A DNA stretch of 62,386 bases from an uncultured Candidatus Saccharibacteria bacterium (GTDB lineage: Bacteria; Patescibacteriota; Minisyncoccia; Phycocordibacterales; UBA9973). Of the stretch, positions 42,059 to 49,369 are shown one piece after another. Location: positions 1 through 62,386 of the forward strand of contig CAYTSO010000004.1 in NCBI GenBank assembly GCA_964440545.1, in the 5' to 3' direction. Numbering within the stretch: position 1 is the first letter of the stretch; every line of letters starts with the position of its first letter. The notes beneath the pieces are model-generated. The model was not told where the DNA came from. It did no database searches and saw nothing but the letters and a program-made list of their open reading frames with translations. The translations under genes were made by a program, and so were the position numbers.

Positions 42059-42237
42059 TGGCGACCATAATGAGCCAGGTAAAAATATTTAGGGAGCCCA
42101 CCCTTCTCGAAATGCAAGTGGCAATAAACAGATGGCTCCAGGAAGCCGAGGCAATCGGCGTCAAGATCATCTGCACCGACCTTTGTTTCTCAGAGAACCA
42201 ACCCATCATCGCTGTTTTCTACAGCCGGGATGAGTAA
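42058..42237 (+). CDS. Orphan small protein (59 aa), GC-rich cassette
   Basis: AGGAGG 6 nt upstream. MATIMSQVKIFREPTLLEMQVAINRWLQEAEAIGVKIICTDLCFSENQPIIAVFYSRDE. I counted 88/180 G+C. Confidence 0.55.
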   Translation: MATIMSQVKIFREPTLLEMQVAINRWLQEAEAIGVKIICTDLCFSENQPIIAVFYSRDE

Positions 42238-42247
42238 TAAATCTACA

Positions 42248-42272
42248 AGAGCCCCACCAGGGGCTCTTTTTT
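42248..42272 (+). terminator. Intrinsic terminator of cassette 2
   Basis: AGAGCCCC-ACCA-GGGGCTCT followed by TTTTTT. Confidence 0.75.
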
Positions 42273-42302
42273 GTTTATTTTCAACAAATTAATTACAGCA
42301 GA

Positions 42303-42923
42303 TTATCTCACCAAATAAATCTTCAGCCAAATCATAAAAAGAAGAATTAAAAACACAACCAGAATAGCCAAAATCTTCTGTTTTGAATTAGATATATTTG
42401 CCCTTGGTCTCATTTGACTGTCGAACATTTTAATACCTCGAGCTGTCATTTTTTCTTTCATGATTTTGCTAATTTTATGATCTATATGTCCCGCTTTCAG
42501 CATTTCAATGAAAATGGGATACCGTGTAATATAGTTATGGGGATTTCTTAAATAATCCATGGCCGTTCTTGCTACTATTTCTGTATTGGTGTATTCATCA
42601 ACCAAATAATCAACTGCTCCTAGTTTTATGCCCATCTCGATGTCCTCGATCTTACTTTTTCTGTTTTCAAAAATAATTGGGATATTTTTTGTTCGAACGT
42701 CGGCCTTTAACAAACCTAGGGCCATAAAACCATCCCTCCCCGGTAAAACAATGTAAAGATAAATTAAATCTGGCATAATTTTTACCACTTTTCCAACAAA
42801 ATCATCATTGGCATCCTCTAGGGAAAAGACGTCAAAATTTTCCTGTCTCAATCGAAGCGCATAGCTTTCTAGTGAAAAACTATAGCTGCAGATAAAAAGA
42901 ATCTTTTTCTTTTTTCTTCTCAT
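42303..42923 (-). CDS. Pseudo-receiver (CheY-like) domain protein with a C-terminal TM anchor
   Basis: The receiver fold is recognisable (PDLIYLYIVLPGRDG, GAVDYLV). The acidic pocket, phospho-Asp, Thr and Lys positions are all substituted. The C-terminus has the TM helix ILAILVVFLILLFMIWLKIYL. Confidence 0.7.
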   Translation of the reverse strand: MRRKKKKILFICSYSFSLESYALRLRQENFDVFSLEDANDDFVGKVVKIMPDLIYLYIVLPGRDGFMALGLLKADVRTKNIPIIFENRKSKIEDIEMGIKLGAVDYLVDEYTNTEIVARTAMDYLRNPHNYITRYPIFIEMLKAGHIDHKISKIMKEKMTARGIKMFDSQMRPRANISNSKQKILAILVVFLILLFMIWLKIYLVR

Positions 42924-42942
42924 GCTTTAATTATATCACTAC

Positions 42943-42972
42943 AAAAAAAGAAAAGCCCCGATCAATCGGGGC
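42943..42972 (-). terminator. Intrinsic terminator of cassette 3
   Basis: GCCCCGAT/ATCGGGGC stem (42955-42972) followed on the minus strand by a T-rich run. Confidence 0.65.
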
Positions 42973-42979
42973 AATCATA

Positions 42980-43192
42980 TTATTTATCACGTCTTCCCAG
43001 AGGAGGTTTATCTTTTCCTTCTCTATCAGAGCTCTCTTCTCTTTTCTCAATTTTTTTTCCTGCTTCCTCGCAGTCGGAACAAAAAGCAGGATATTTCCCA
43101 ACAAGCTCTTTAAAACGCCTGTTGCACCCGTAACAAAACCCTCTCTGGTTGCTCATTTTCAAGTTCCTCCTTATGAAATAGTAAGCGTCCAT
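42980..43192 (-). CDS. Orphan small zinc-ribbon protein (70 aa, or 58 aa from ATG 43156), GC-rich cassette
   Basis: CYGC...CSDC motifs. Both candidate starts have SD sites: AAGGAG plus 7 nt for 43192, and AGGAGG plus 9 nt for 43156. Confidence 0.5.
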   Translation of the reverse strand: MDAYYFIRRNLKMSNQRGFCYGCNRRFKELVGKYPAFCSDCEEAGKKIEKREESSDREGKDKPPLGRRDK

Positions 43193-43289
43193 GCTTTTTC
43201 TCCTTTGTACAAATAATTGCCGAGATAAATAATAAAAAAATATGCAAAAAAAATCAACTCCTACTTTTGTATGTTATGATATAAGTATT

Positions 43290-43721
43290 ATGAAAGATAA
43301 AATAATTAAACTTAGTATGCTCAAGGAATTTAAACAATTCCTGCTCAGAGGAAATGTTATTGACCTAGCAGTCGGTGTGGTAATCGGTACAGCTTTTGGA
43401 ACAGTGGTCAATTCTCTTGTAACAGACCTCTTGACCCCGTTTATTTCGGCCGTAGCCAAGATTCCGGATTTCAGCGGGCTTTCTTTTACAATTAACGGCG
43501 GTAAATTTATGTTAGGCCACTTTCTGAATGCGCTTATCTCGTTTGTTCTCGTCGCGGCAACAATTTTTTATTTTATTATCAAACCAATTAATCTACTAAT
43601 TGCGAAAACTAAAAAAGAACCGCCCCTAGATCCAACAACCCGTAAATGTCCAGAATGTTTGAGTGAAATACCTATTGCTGCCAAGCGCTGTTCCTTTTGC
43701 ACTCAAATTGTTTCAGAATAG
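43290..43721 (+). CDS. mscL: Large-conductance mechanosensitive channel with a C-terminal zinc ribbon
   Basis: LKEFKQFLLRGNVIDLAVGVVIGTAFG; C-terminal CPECLSEIPIAAKRCSFC. The start is uncertain (43242, 43290 or 43317). Confidence 0.85.
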   Translation: MKDKIIKLSMLKEFKQFLLRGNVIDLAVGVVIGTAFGTVVNSLVTDLLTPFISAVAKIPDFSGLSFTINGGKFMLGHFLNALISFVLVAATIFYFIIKPINLLIAKTKKEPPLDPTTRKCPECLSEIPIAAKRCSFCTQIVSE

Positions 43722-43728
43722 TTTACTC

Positions 43729-43757
43729 TTGACAGGCATATCTATATATGATATAAT
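43729..43757 (+). promoter_or_regulatory. Perfect consensus sigma70 promoter with an extended -10 (cassette 4)
   Basis: TTGACA (43729-43734), 17-nt spacer ending in TGa, TATAAT (43752-43757). It begins 8 nt after the mscL stop. Confidence 0.7.
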
Positions 43758-43783
43758 ACCAAAATACAGAAAAGGAGGAAGAA

Positions 43784-43951
43784 ATGGACTGGCGTGAAAG
43801 AAACCTGTTCCGTGAGCTCTTGAGGGAAAACCTCGAGATGCTCGAGATCCTAAGGTCCGGAATTCCGGACAAGAAAAAGATCGAAAAAATCTCGGAGATC
43901 CTCGAGGCCTTAACCAAGGGTGTAGAGATCACCGAGGTCGACGAGGGGTAG
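43784..43951 (+). CDS. Orphan small protein (55 aa, predicted helical hairpin), GC-rich cassette
   Basis: AGGAGG (43773-43778), 5 nt, ATG. MDWRERNLFRELLRENLEMLEILRSGIPDKKKIEKISEILEALTKGVEITEVDEG. I counted 86/168 G+C. Confidence 0.55.
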   Translation: MDWRERNLFRELLRENLEMLEILRSGIPDKKKIEKISEILEALTKGVEITEVDEG

Positions 43952-43980
43952 AACCCCCCACATCATCATCAAAATATTGA

Positions 43981-44010
43981 AACCCGCTTCGGCGGGTTTT
44001 ATTTTTTATT
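43981..44010 (+). terminator. Intrinsic terminator of cassette 4
   Basis: AACCCGC-TTCG-GCGGGTT followed by a T-run. Confidence 0.75.
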
Positions 44011-44019
44011 TTATTTTGT

Positions 44020-44055
44020 AAAAAAAATCCCCCGCTTCATGATTATGAAGCGGGG
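44020..44055 (-). terminator. Intrinsic terminator of cassette 5 (the hairpin loop contains the stop codon)
   Basis: CCCCGCTTCAT/ATGAAGCGGGG 11-bp stem (44030-44055) followed by a T-run on the minus strand. Confidence 0.65.
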
Positions 44056-44456
44056 TACATATTGATAAGGTTCTCACGTTTTTCGCGAACCTCTTCTTCT
44101 CTTTTTTTCTCCTCGAACTCAATGGCTCGAGGATCCGGCCCATTCGGCCAAATGACGAGTGTCACGTTGCTCTTTCTAACAACGTAATAATCGCATTTGC
44201 CGACTCCGGGAGCTGGCCCCTGGCACTTGAACTCATCCAGGGCAATGAATTCCATGCTGGAGCCTGGAATCGTACGAGACGACTGGGAAATCTCGCGTAG
44301 GGGCGCCTTGTCTTTGTTGAAGATCATCGTAATCCTCAACCGACCATTACTGGCCTCAGAGAATGTCGCCTCTACCTCATCGGCGCATCCATATCTGATT
44401 ATCCGAACACGAGCCCCGTGCTCAAGAAGCAGTGGCTTCATTTCAAGTGGCAACAT
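44043..44456 (-). CDS. Orphan protein (137 aa), GC-rich cassette
   Basis: AGGAGG (44464-44469), 7 nt, ATG 44456. Own promoter and terminator. I recognised no motif. Confidence 0.6.
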   Translation of the reverse strand: MLPLEMKPLLLEHGARVRIIRYGCADEVEATFSEASNGRLRITMIFNKDKAPLREISQSSRTIPGSSMEFIALDEFKCQGPAPGVGKCDYYVVRKSNVTLVIWPNGPDPRAIEFEEKKREEEVREKRENLINMYPAS

Positions 44457-44521
44457 GGTTTGTCCTCCTTTCCCAATATGGGAGATTTTATATTTAAAAA
44501 GCCAAGGTACGACTTATTTCG

Positions 44522-44549
44522 ATTATAACAATTTTAATGCTTTTGTCAA
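44522..44549 (-). promoter_or_regulatory. Consensus sigma70 promoter with an extended -10 (cassette 5)
   Basis: On the minus strand: TTGACA (44549-44544), 16-nt spacer ending in TGt, TATAAT (44527-44522). Confidence 0.65.
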
Positions 44550-44591
44550 CTTGACGTTGTTCATTAATTGGATAAAAGCTATACTCACCAG

Positions 44592-44840
44592 GTGAAGAAA
44601 AAAGCTAAAAAAATCTTAATTTTAATCACTGGAATTATTTTTATGATAATTGGATTGGCCGGTCTGGCGCTTCCCTTTCTACAAGGCATCCTTTTTTTGA
44701 TTATTGGTTTCTTTTTGGTATCTTTTTGTTTTCCTAAATTCCGTTCCTGGATAAATAAACAATCTCAAAGACACCCCTATTCATTTAAAGCAATACAAAA
44801 AGCAGAAAGATGGATGGAAAAAATCTTTGGAGAAATTTAG
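44592..44840 (+). CDS. Small two-TM membrane protein (YbaN/DUF454-like)
   Basis: GLAGLALPFLQGILFLIIGFFLVSF. I chose GTG 44592 because TATACT (44580-44585) lies 6 nt upstream. The track start is TTG 44568. Confidence 0.5.
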   Translation: MKKKAKKILILITGIIFMIIGLAGLALPFLQGILFLIIGFFLVSFCFPKFRSWINKQSQRHPYSFKAIQKAERWMEKIFGEI

Positions 44841-44849
44841 TTTTCTTAT

Positions 44850-44878
44850 TTGACTATTGTCCATATATTTGTCAAGAT
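44850..44878 (+). promoter_or_regulatory. Sigma70-type promoter with an extended -10 (cassette 6)
   Basis: TTGACT (44850-44855), 17-nt spacer ending in TGt, CAAGAT (44873-44878). Confidence 0.4.
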
Positions 44879-44929
44879 TATTATGGGTGCCAGGTTTTGT
44901 ACCTTGGAAAAATAGAAAGGAGGTGGCGC

Positions 44930-45112
44930 ATGTCACCAGACTTTGAATTTCAGAAAGAGCAGCAAGAAGCAAAGAAAGTACTGGTAAGGCTGGTCGAACT
45001 TTTTTCGAGCATGCGTCCCCCAAACAACAGAAGGACCCTCGTAGAGATTCTACAAGAGCAGGCTCAGATGGTCGAGAAAGAAATGGGGGCCAAAAAAGAT
45101 GATAGTGAGTAA
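44930..45112 (+). CDS. Orphan small protein (60 aa, predicted helical hairpin), GC-rich cassette
   Basis: AGGAGG (44918-44923), 6 nt, ATG 44930. MSPDFEFQKEQQEAKKVLVRLVELFSSMRPPNNRRTLVEILQEQAQMVEKEMGAKKDDSE. Confidence 0.5.
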   Translation: MSPDFEFQKEQQEAKKVLVRLVELFSSMRPPNNRRTLVEILQEQAQMVEKEMGAKKDDSE

Positions 45113-45115
45113 TCG

Positions 45116-45143
45116 GGGTTCGCTTAAGCGAACCCTTTTTTTT
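45116..45143. terminator. Bidirectional intrinsic terminator (cassette 6 and murF)
   Basis: GGGTTCGC-TTAA-GCGAACCC followed by a T-run. Confidence 0.7.
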
Positions 45144-46464
45144 ATTTTATATTTTTCCACTCTTCATCTTGGCGAACCAAGAGTTTTTCCTTATTTTTTT
45201 GATCCAGAAGAATCATTTCCACTATTCGTTCCATTCGCATGCCTTGTGAGCCTTTCACTAAAATTATATCGTCTTTTTGAACAAAGTTTTTTATAAAATT
45301 TCCAGCTTCTTGAGAATTTAAAAATTCAAAAATATTTTTTTCTTCCATCCCTGCCTCTACCGCTCCTTCTTTTATTGATTTTGCTCTGGGTCCGACAATA
45401 ACAATATAATCAGCTTTATCTTTCGCTATTTTCCCAATATTTTTATGCGCCTCAACTGTATGTTTACCAAGCTCTAACATATCTCCCAAGACAGCAATTC
45501 TTCTGCCCTTTAGCTTAATTTCCTTTAAAGTATTAAGCGCGGATTCGCAAGCCAGAGGAGAAGAATTATAGGTGTCATCTATAATAAAGGTTTCTTTTAT
45601 CCCCTTCAAAAGTCGCATCCTTCCTGAAGGTACGTCATAATTTTTTAGAGAATTTATCGCTGTCACCATATTCAATTTTAGACCAGAAGACAAGGCAAGA
45701 GCAGCGAGTGAGGCATACACATGATTTCTACCGAACACTCCCTCAATAACAACAGGCAGGCTATTTCCTTCTTCATCTGCTCTAAAAATTATTCCAATTG
45801 GCTCTCCTGCCTCATTATAGGAGATTGATTCCCCAGAACCTAAAATATCTGCTCCTTCGCTAAACCCATAAGTAATTAGACGATGTTTGCTTTTTGCCTT
45901 CATGCCAAGCACAACCGGATCGTCAGCGTTCAAAACTAAAAGTCCGTCCGGTTTTAGGGTTTTTATAAGTTGACTTTTTTCGTCTACTAAATGTTTGTAG
46001 GAATTAAAAAATTCTATATGGGGCGGGGTTTCTCCAATCGCGGTAATAATTACCGCATCTGTTTTAACCCAAGAAGCGGTTTTTTTCATATCACCTTGTT
46101 TTCCTACGCCAACCTCAAGCACAAGCCAAGTAGGATATTTATGTGGCCAAACAAAAAGCCAAAGACCTCTCAGGATATTTTCAAGCCAAATTAGTGGATT
46201 ATTCCAGCCATTTGGGCAACCAAGAATGGTCAATGGCAAGCCTATTTCACTATTAAAGCTCTTTTCGCTCTTTCGGATGTACGCCATTTTAGATAGCGCA
46301 GCGTAAACTGCATCCTTTGTTGAAGTTTTTCCGACGGATCCAGTAATTGCAATAATCTTTGGTTTATATTTCCAAAGTACTAGTTGCGATTCTATTTTAA
46401 GAATATAAGCTATTATCTTTTTAAAAATTGTTTTCATATAAATTTTATCTGTCTGGTGGAACAC
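45142..46464 (-). CDS. murF: UDP-N-acetylmuramoyl-tripeptide--D-alanyl-D-alanine ligase
   Basis: Mur ligase P-loop ITGSVGKTSTKD; 440 aa; position in the dcw cluster. Confidence 0.85.
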   Translation of the reverse strand: MFHQTDKIYMKTIFKKIIAYILKIESQLVLWKYKPKIIAITGSVGKTSTKDAVYAALSKMAYIRKSEKSFNSEIGLPLTILGCPNGWNNPLIWLENILRGLWLFVWPHKYPTWLVLEVGVGKQGDMKKTASWVKTDAVIITAIGETPPHIEFFNSYKHLVDEKSQLIKTLKPDGLLVLNADDPVVLGMKAKSKHRLITYGFSEGADILGSGESISYNEAGEPIGIIFRADEEGNSLPVVIEGVFGRNHVYASLAALALSSGLKLNMVTAINSLKNYDVPSGRMRLLKGIKETFIIDDTYNSSPLACESALNTLKEIKLKGRRIAVLGDMLELGKHTVEAHKNIGKIAKDKADYIVIVGPRAKSIKEGAVEAGMEEKNIFEFLNSQEAGNFIKNFVQKDDIILVKGSQGMRMERIVEMILLDQKNKEKLLVRQDEEWKNIK

Positions 46465-48169
46465 TATAGTAATTCAATAAAAATTTGGTTATGTCTAAGA
46501 AAGGATCAGTCCAGGTGGTGGCAGCATAAGGCACGCCCTTAGGATTTATTGCGTAAAGAAAGATTATAAATTCAGGATCGTAAGCAGGAAAATAACCAAA
46601 GAAAGAATGATTATGCCTGTCTTCATAATATCCTCCGTTTACGTTATCTGCAACTTGAGCTGTTCCAGTTTTTACCGCAATACTAAAATTTTCTAATTTT
46701 TTTGTTCCCCCAGCAACGCCCTTGTCCATTACATTCACTAACATTCTGGTTATTTCCTGAGAAGTTTCTTTGCTAATCTTGGTGGGCGCAAGAGGATAAA
46801 TCATTTCTTTGATAACACCACTATCGTACCTTATCTCTTTAACAATATGGGGTACAACTAAGTTTCCGCCATTCCCCAAAGAAGCAAGCGCTCGAATCAA
46901 TTCAATCGGGGTAAATGCAATACCCTGACCAAAAGCAGCGTTGGCATATTCTATTTCCCTAGGACTTTTTAGAATTCCTGAAACTAGACCACTGGTTTCG
47001 TTTGGTAAATCAATTCCAGTTTTATCCTTTATGCCATAAGATAATAAATAATCACGTAATTTTGTTTTGCCTAATTTTTGTTCTACAAAAACCATGCCTG
47101 TGTTCAGTGATTGGCTTAAAACTTCCTGCATGCTTGTGCCTGGACCTCTACCCTTTTTGTCAAAGTTGAATATTTCATGTTTTTCAACTATCACAGATCC
47201 GTAATCATGATAAGTAGTATCAGCTGTAAGCACCCCTTCATTAAGCGCGCCTGCCATCACTAAAGGTTTTACCACCGAACCAAATTCTAATACATTTTCA
47301 ACTAAAGGATTTGAGAAAACTGAAGCATTTTTAACCTGGGAAAAATTGTTTGGATCAAAATCCGGCTTGGCTGTCATAGCATAAATCGAACCGTCCTGCG
47401 GGTTCATAATTATTCCACCGATGGAATCAATTTGGTATTTATCTTTTATTTCATTTAATTTTTTTTCTAAAAAACCCTGAACTTGCGGTTCGATAGTGGT
47501 TACAATATCTCCTTCCGGTGTTTTCCCCTCAAATAAAGTTTCCTTCATGTTAGAAAAGACTTCGGCAAAAAAATTAACGTATGGATTATCAATATCGCGA
47601 GCAAGCACAGGTTCGTATTGTCTCTCCAGGCCGTAACGTCCACCGAGCTCATCTCCGTTATATCCAACCAGGCCAAGGACATGGGAGGCCAAATTATTGC
47701 CGGGATAGAAACGCCATTTTTCTTTAAAAACACTGACCCCAGATAACTTCATTTCAGAAATAGCATCTGCTTCTTCCTGGGAGAGCTGGTGCGCTATTTC
47801 TTCGTAGGGATCGTCTTTCTGCTCAGATTTTTTTATGAAATCATCGTAATCTAAAACCAGGTATTGAGATAATTTCTGAAAAACCTCTTCCGCCTTATTA
47901 ATTTTACTTGGGTTGATTGCCACCTTAAAACCAGAAATCTGAGTTGCGGCAGAAACAAGTCCTCCATCCTTGCGCTGGAAATAAATGGTGCCTCTTTCAT
48001 AAATGTTAGTAGAAGGAGTGGCATATTGGCGATTGGCAGTTTCTGAATATACCTCGCCACGAATAATTTGAACTAGGAATAGTTTTCCTATAAACACTGA
48101 AGCGAAAACGGCAACACAAAAAATGATTATTCTAGACCTAAAAAGAAAACTAGATTTCATTGTTAGCAA
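46445..48169 (-). CDS. ftsI: Penicillin-binding protein (FtsI/PBP2-class transpeptidase)
   Basis: SxxK (SVVKP), SxN (SLNTG) and KTG (KTGTA) motifs; N-terminal TM helix. Confidence 0.85.
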   Translation of the reverse strand: MLTMKSSFLFRSRIIIFCVAVFASVFIGKLFLVQIIRGEVYSETANRQYATPSTNIYERGTIYFQRKDGGLVSAATQISGFKVAINPSKINKAEEVFQKLSQYLVLDYDDFIKKSEQKDDPYEEIAHQLSQEEADAISEMKLSGVSVFKEKWRFYPGNNLASHVLGLVGYNGDELGGRYGLERQYEPVLARDIDNPYVNFFAEVFSNMKETLFEGKTPEGDIVTTIEPQVQGFLEKKLNEIKDKYQIDSIGGIIMNPQDGSIYAMTAKPDFDPNNFSQVKNASVFSNPLVENVLEFGSVVKPLVMAGALNEGVLTADTTYHDYGSVIVEKHEIFNFDKKGRGPGTSMQEVLSQSLNTGMVFVEQKLGKTKLRDYLLSYGIKDKTGIDLPNETSGLVSGILKSPREIEYANAAFGQGIAFTPIELIRALASLGNGGNLVVPHIVKEIRYDSGVIKEMIYPLAPTKISKETSQEITRMLVNVMDKGVAGGTKKLENFSIAVKTGTAQVADNVNGGYYEDRHNHSFFGYFPAYDPEFIIFLYAINPKGVPYAATTWTDPFLDITKFLLNYYSVPPDR

Positions 48170-48506
48170 TTTTTATACTGCCAAGAGTTTTTCTGGTCGC
48201 AAAAGTTGCTTTGGTTTCTTTAAATCCCATCGAAGAGGACAGAGAAATATCAATATTGTTCGAAACAGACAAATAAGAAAGTTCGAGATTTCTTACCTCG
48301 TTTGATAGAGACAAGGCCTCTTTTTCTAAAGCTCTTCTTTCCACAATATTAAAAACCATGTTTCCTAAAATTAACACATAGAGAAAAGCAAGGCCGGCCA
48401 AAACAAAAAACAAAGTATTCAAAATAGCTCTACGGCCTTCAATGTTTCCGCTTATGATATTTGCATTTTGAATGCGTGTTTTAAATTGTAATGCTACTTG
48501 TCTCAT
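48150..48506 (-). CDS. ftsL: FtsL-like cell division protein
   Basis: Single TM helix plus a coiled coil, located between rsmH and ftsI. Confidence 0.55.
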   Translation of the reverse strand: MRQVALQFKTRIQNANIISGNIEGRRAILNTLFFVLAGLAFLYVLILGNMVFNIVERRALEKEALSLSNEVRNLELSYLSVSNNIDISLSSSMGFKETKATFATRKTLGSIKIANNEI

Positions 48507-49369
48507 TTTATTTTTTCCAAAATCCTTAATTTCGCACTTCTAGACCGTGGATTATTTTTTGTTTCCTCTTCCGTTGCTTTAATTGGTTTTTTATTTATTA
48601 AAATTGCCAATCCTTCCTTTTCCTTTAACTTATAAAATTTTTTGGTAATCCTATCTTCTAAGCTATGAAAAGAAATCACTGCCATTCTTCCTTCCGCTTT
48701 TAGGACCTCAAAAGCTTTCTCCAGTCCCTTTTGCAAAACCCTCAATTCGTCATTTACTGCTATTCTTAATGCCTGAAAAGTTTTTGTGGCGAAATGGATT
48801 TTTCCTCTTTTGTATATTCCGGGAACCCCCTTCTCAATTATTTTTACTAAATCATGGGTGGTTTCTATCTTATTTTTTTCTCTTGCCTGGATGATCGCTC
48901 GAGCAATTTTTCTTGAATATTTTTCCTCTCCATAGCCATATATAATATCGGCTAAATTTTTTTCCTCCCAGGTATTTACAATATCTTTTGCCGTAACGTC
49001 TTCCGGAAGAGGATTTTCCTTCATGGTCATCAACAAGGGTTCGTTTTTCATAAAAGAAAATCCTCGTCCAGAATTTTCCAATTGGTCTGAACTCAAACCA
49101 AGATCAAAAATTATGCCATCAACTTTTTCACTCTTTAAAACTTTGTCTAGATCAGAAAAATTTTCATTGTGAAAAGAAATTCGAGCATTATTTTGTTTCC
49201 AAACATTTTTGTCCTGATCTAGGGCAATTATTTTTGCTTCTGGAAATTTCTTTAAAATTTCCTTGCTGTGCCCACCTCCTCCATAGGTACAATCGAGAAC
49301 AACCGAATTTGGTTTAATATTCAAACCCTCTATTGTTTCTTTTAAAAGAACTGTTTTATGCACACTCAT
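48503..49369 (-). CDS. rsmH: 16S rRNA (cytosine1402-N4)-methyltransferase
   Basis: HKTVLLKETIEGL, DCTYGGGGHS and DLGLSSDQL motifs. Confidence 0.95.
   Translation of the reverse strand: MSVHKTVLLKETIEGLNIKPNSVVLDCTYGGGGHSKEILKKFPEAKIIALDQDKNVWKQNNARISFHNENFSDLDKVLKSEKVDGIIFDLGLSSDQLENSGRGFSFMKNEPLLMTMKENPLPEDVTAKDIVNTWEEKNLADIIYGYGEEKYSRKIARAIIQAREKNKIETTHDLVKIIEKGVPGIYKRGKIHFATKTFQALRIAVNDELRVLQKGLEKAFEVLKAEGRMAVISFHSLEDRITKKFYKLKEKEGLAILINKKPIKATEEETKNNPRSRSAKLRILEKIK

Noticed and set aside
41737-45143. Integron gene-cassette array interpretation of the small-ORF cluster
   Set aside because: There is no intI and no attC sites with the R''/R' (GTTRRRY) cores. The cassettes lie in both orientations, and most carry their own promoter and all their own terminator, unlike promoterless integron cassettes.
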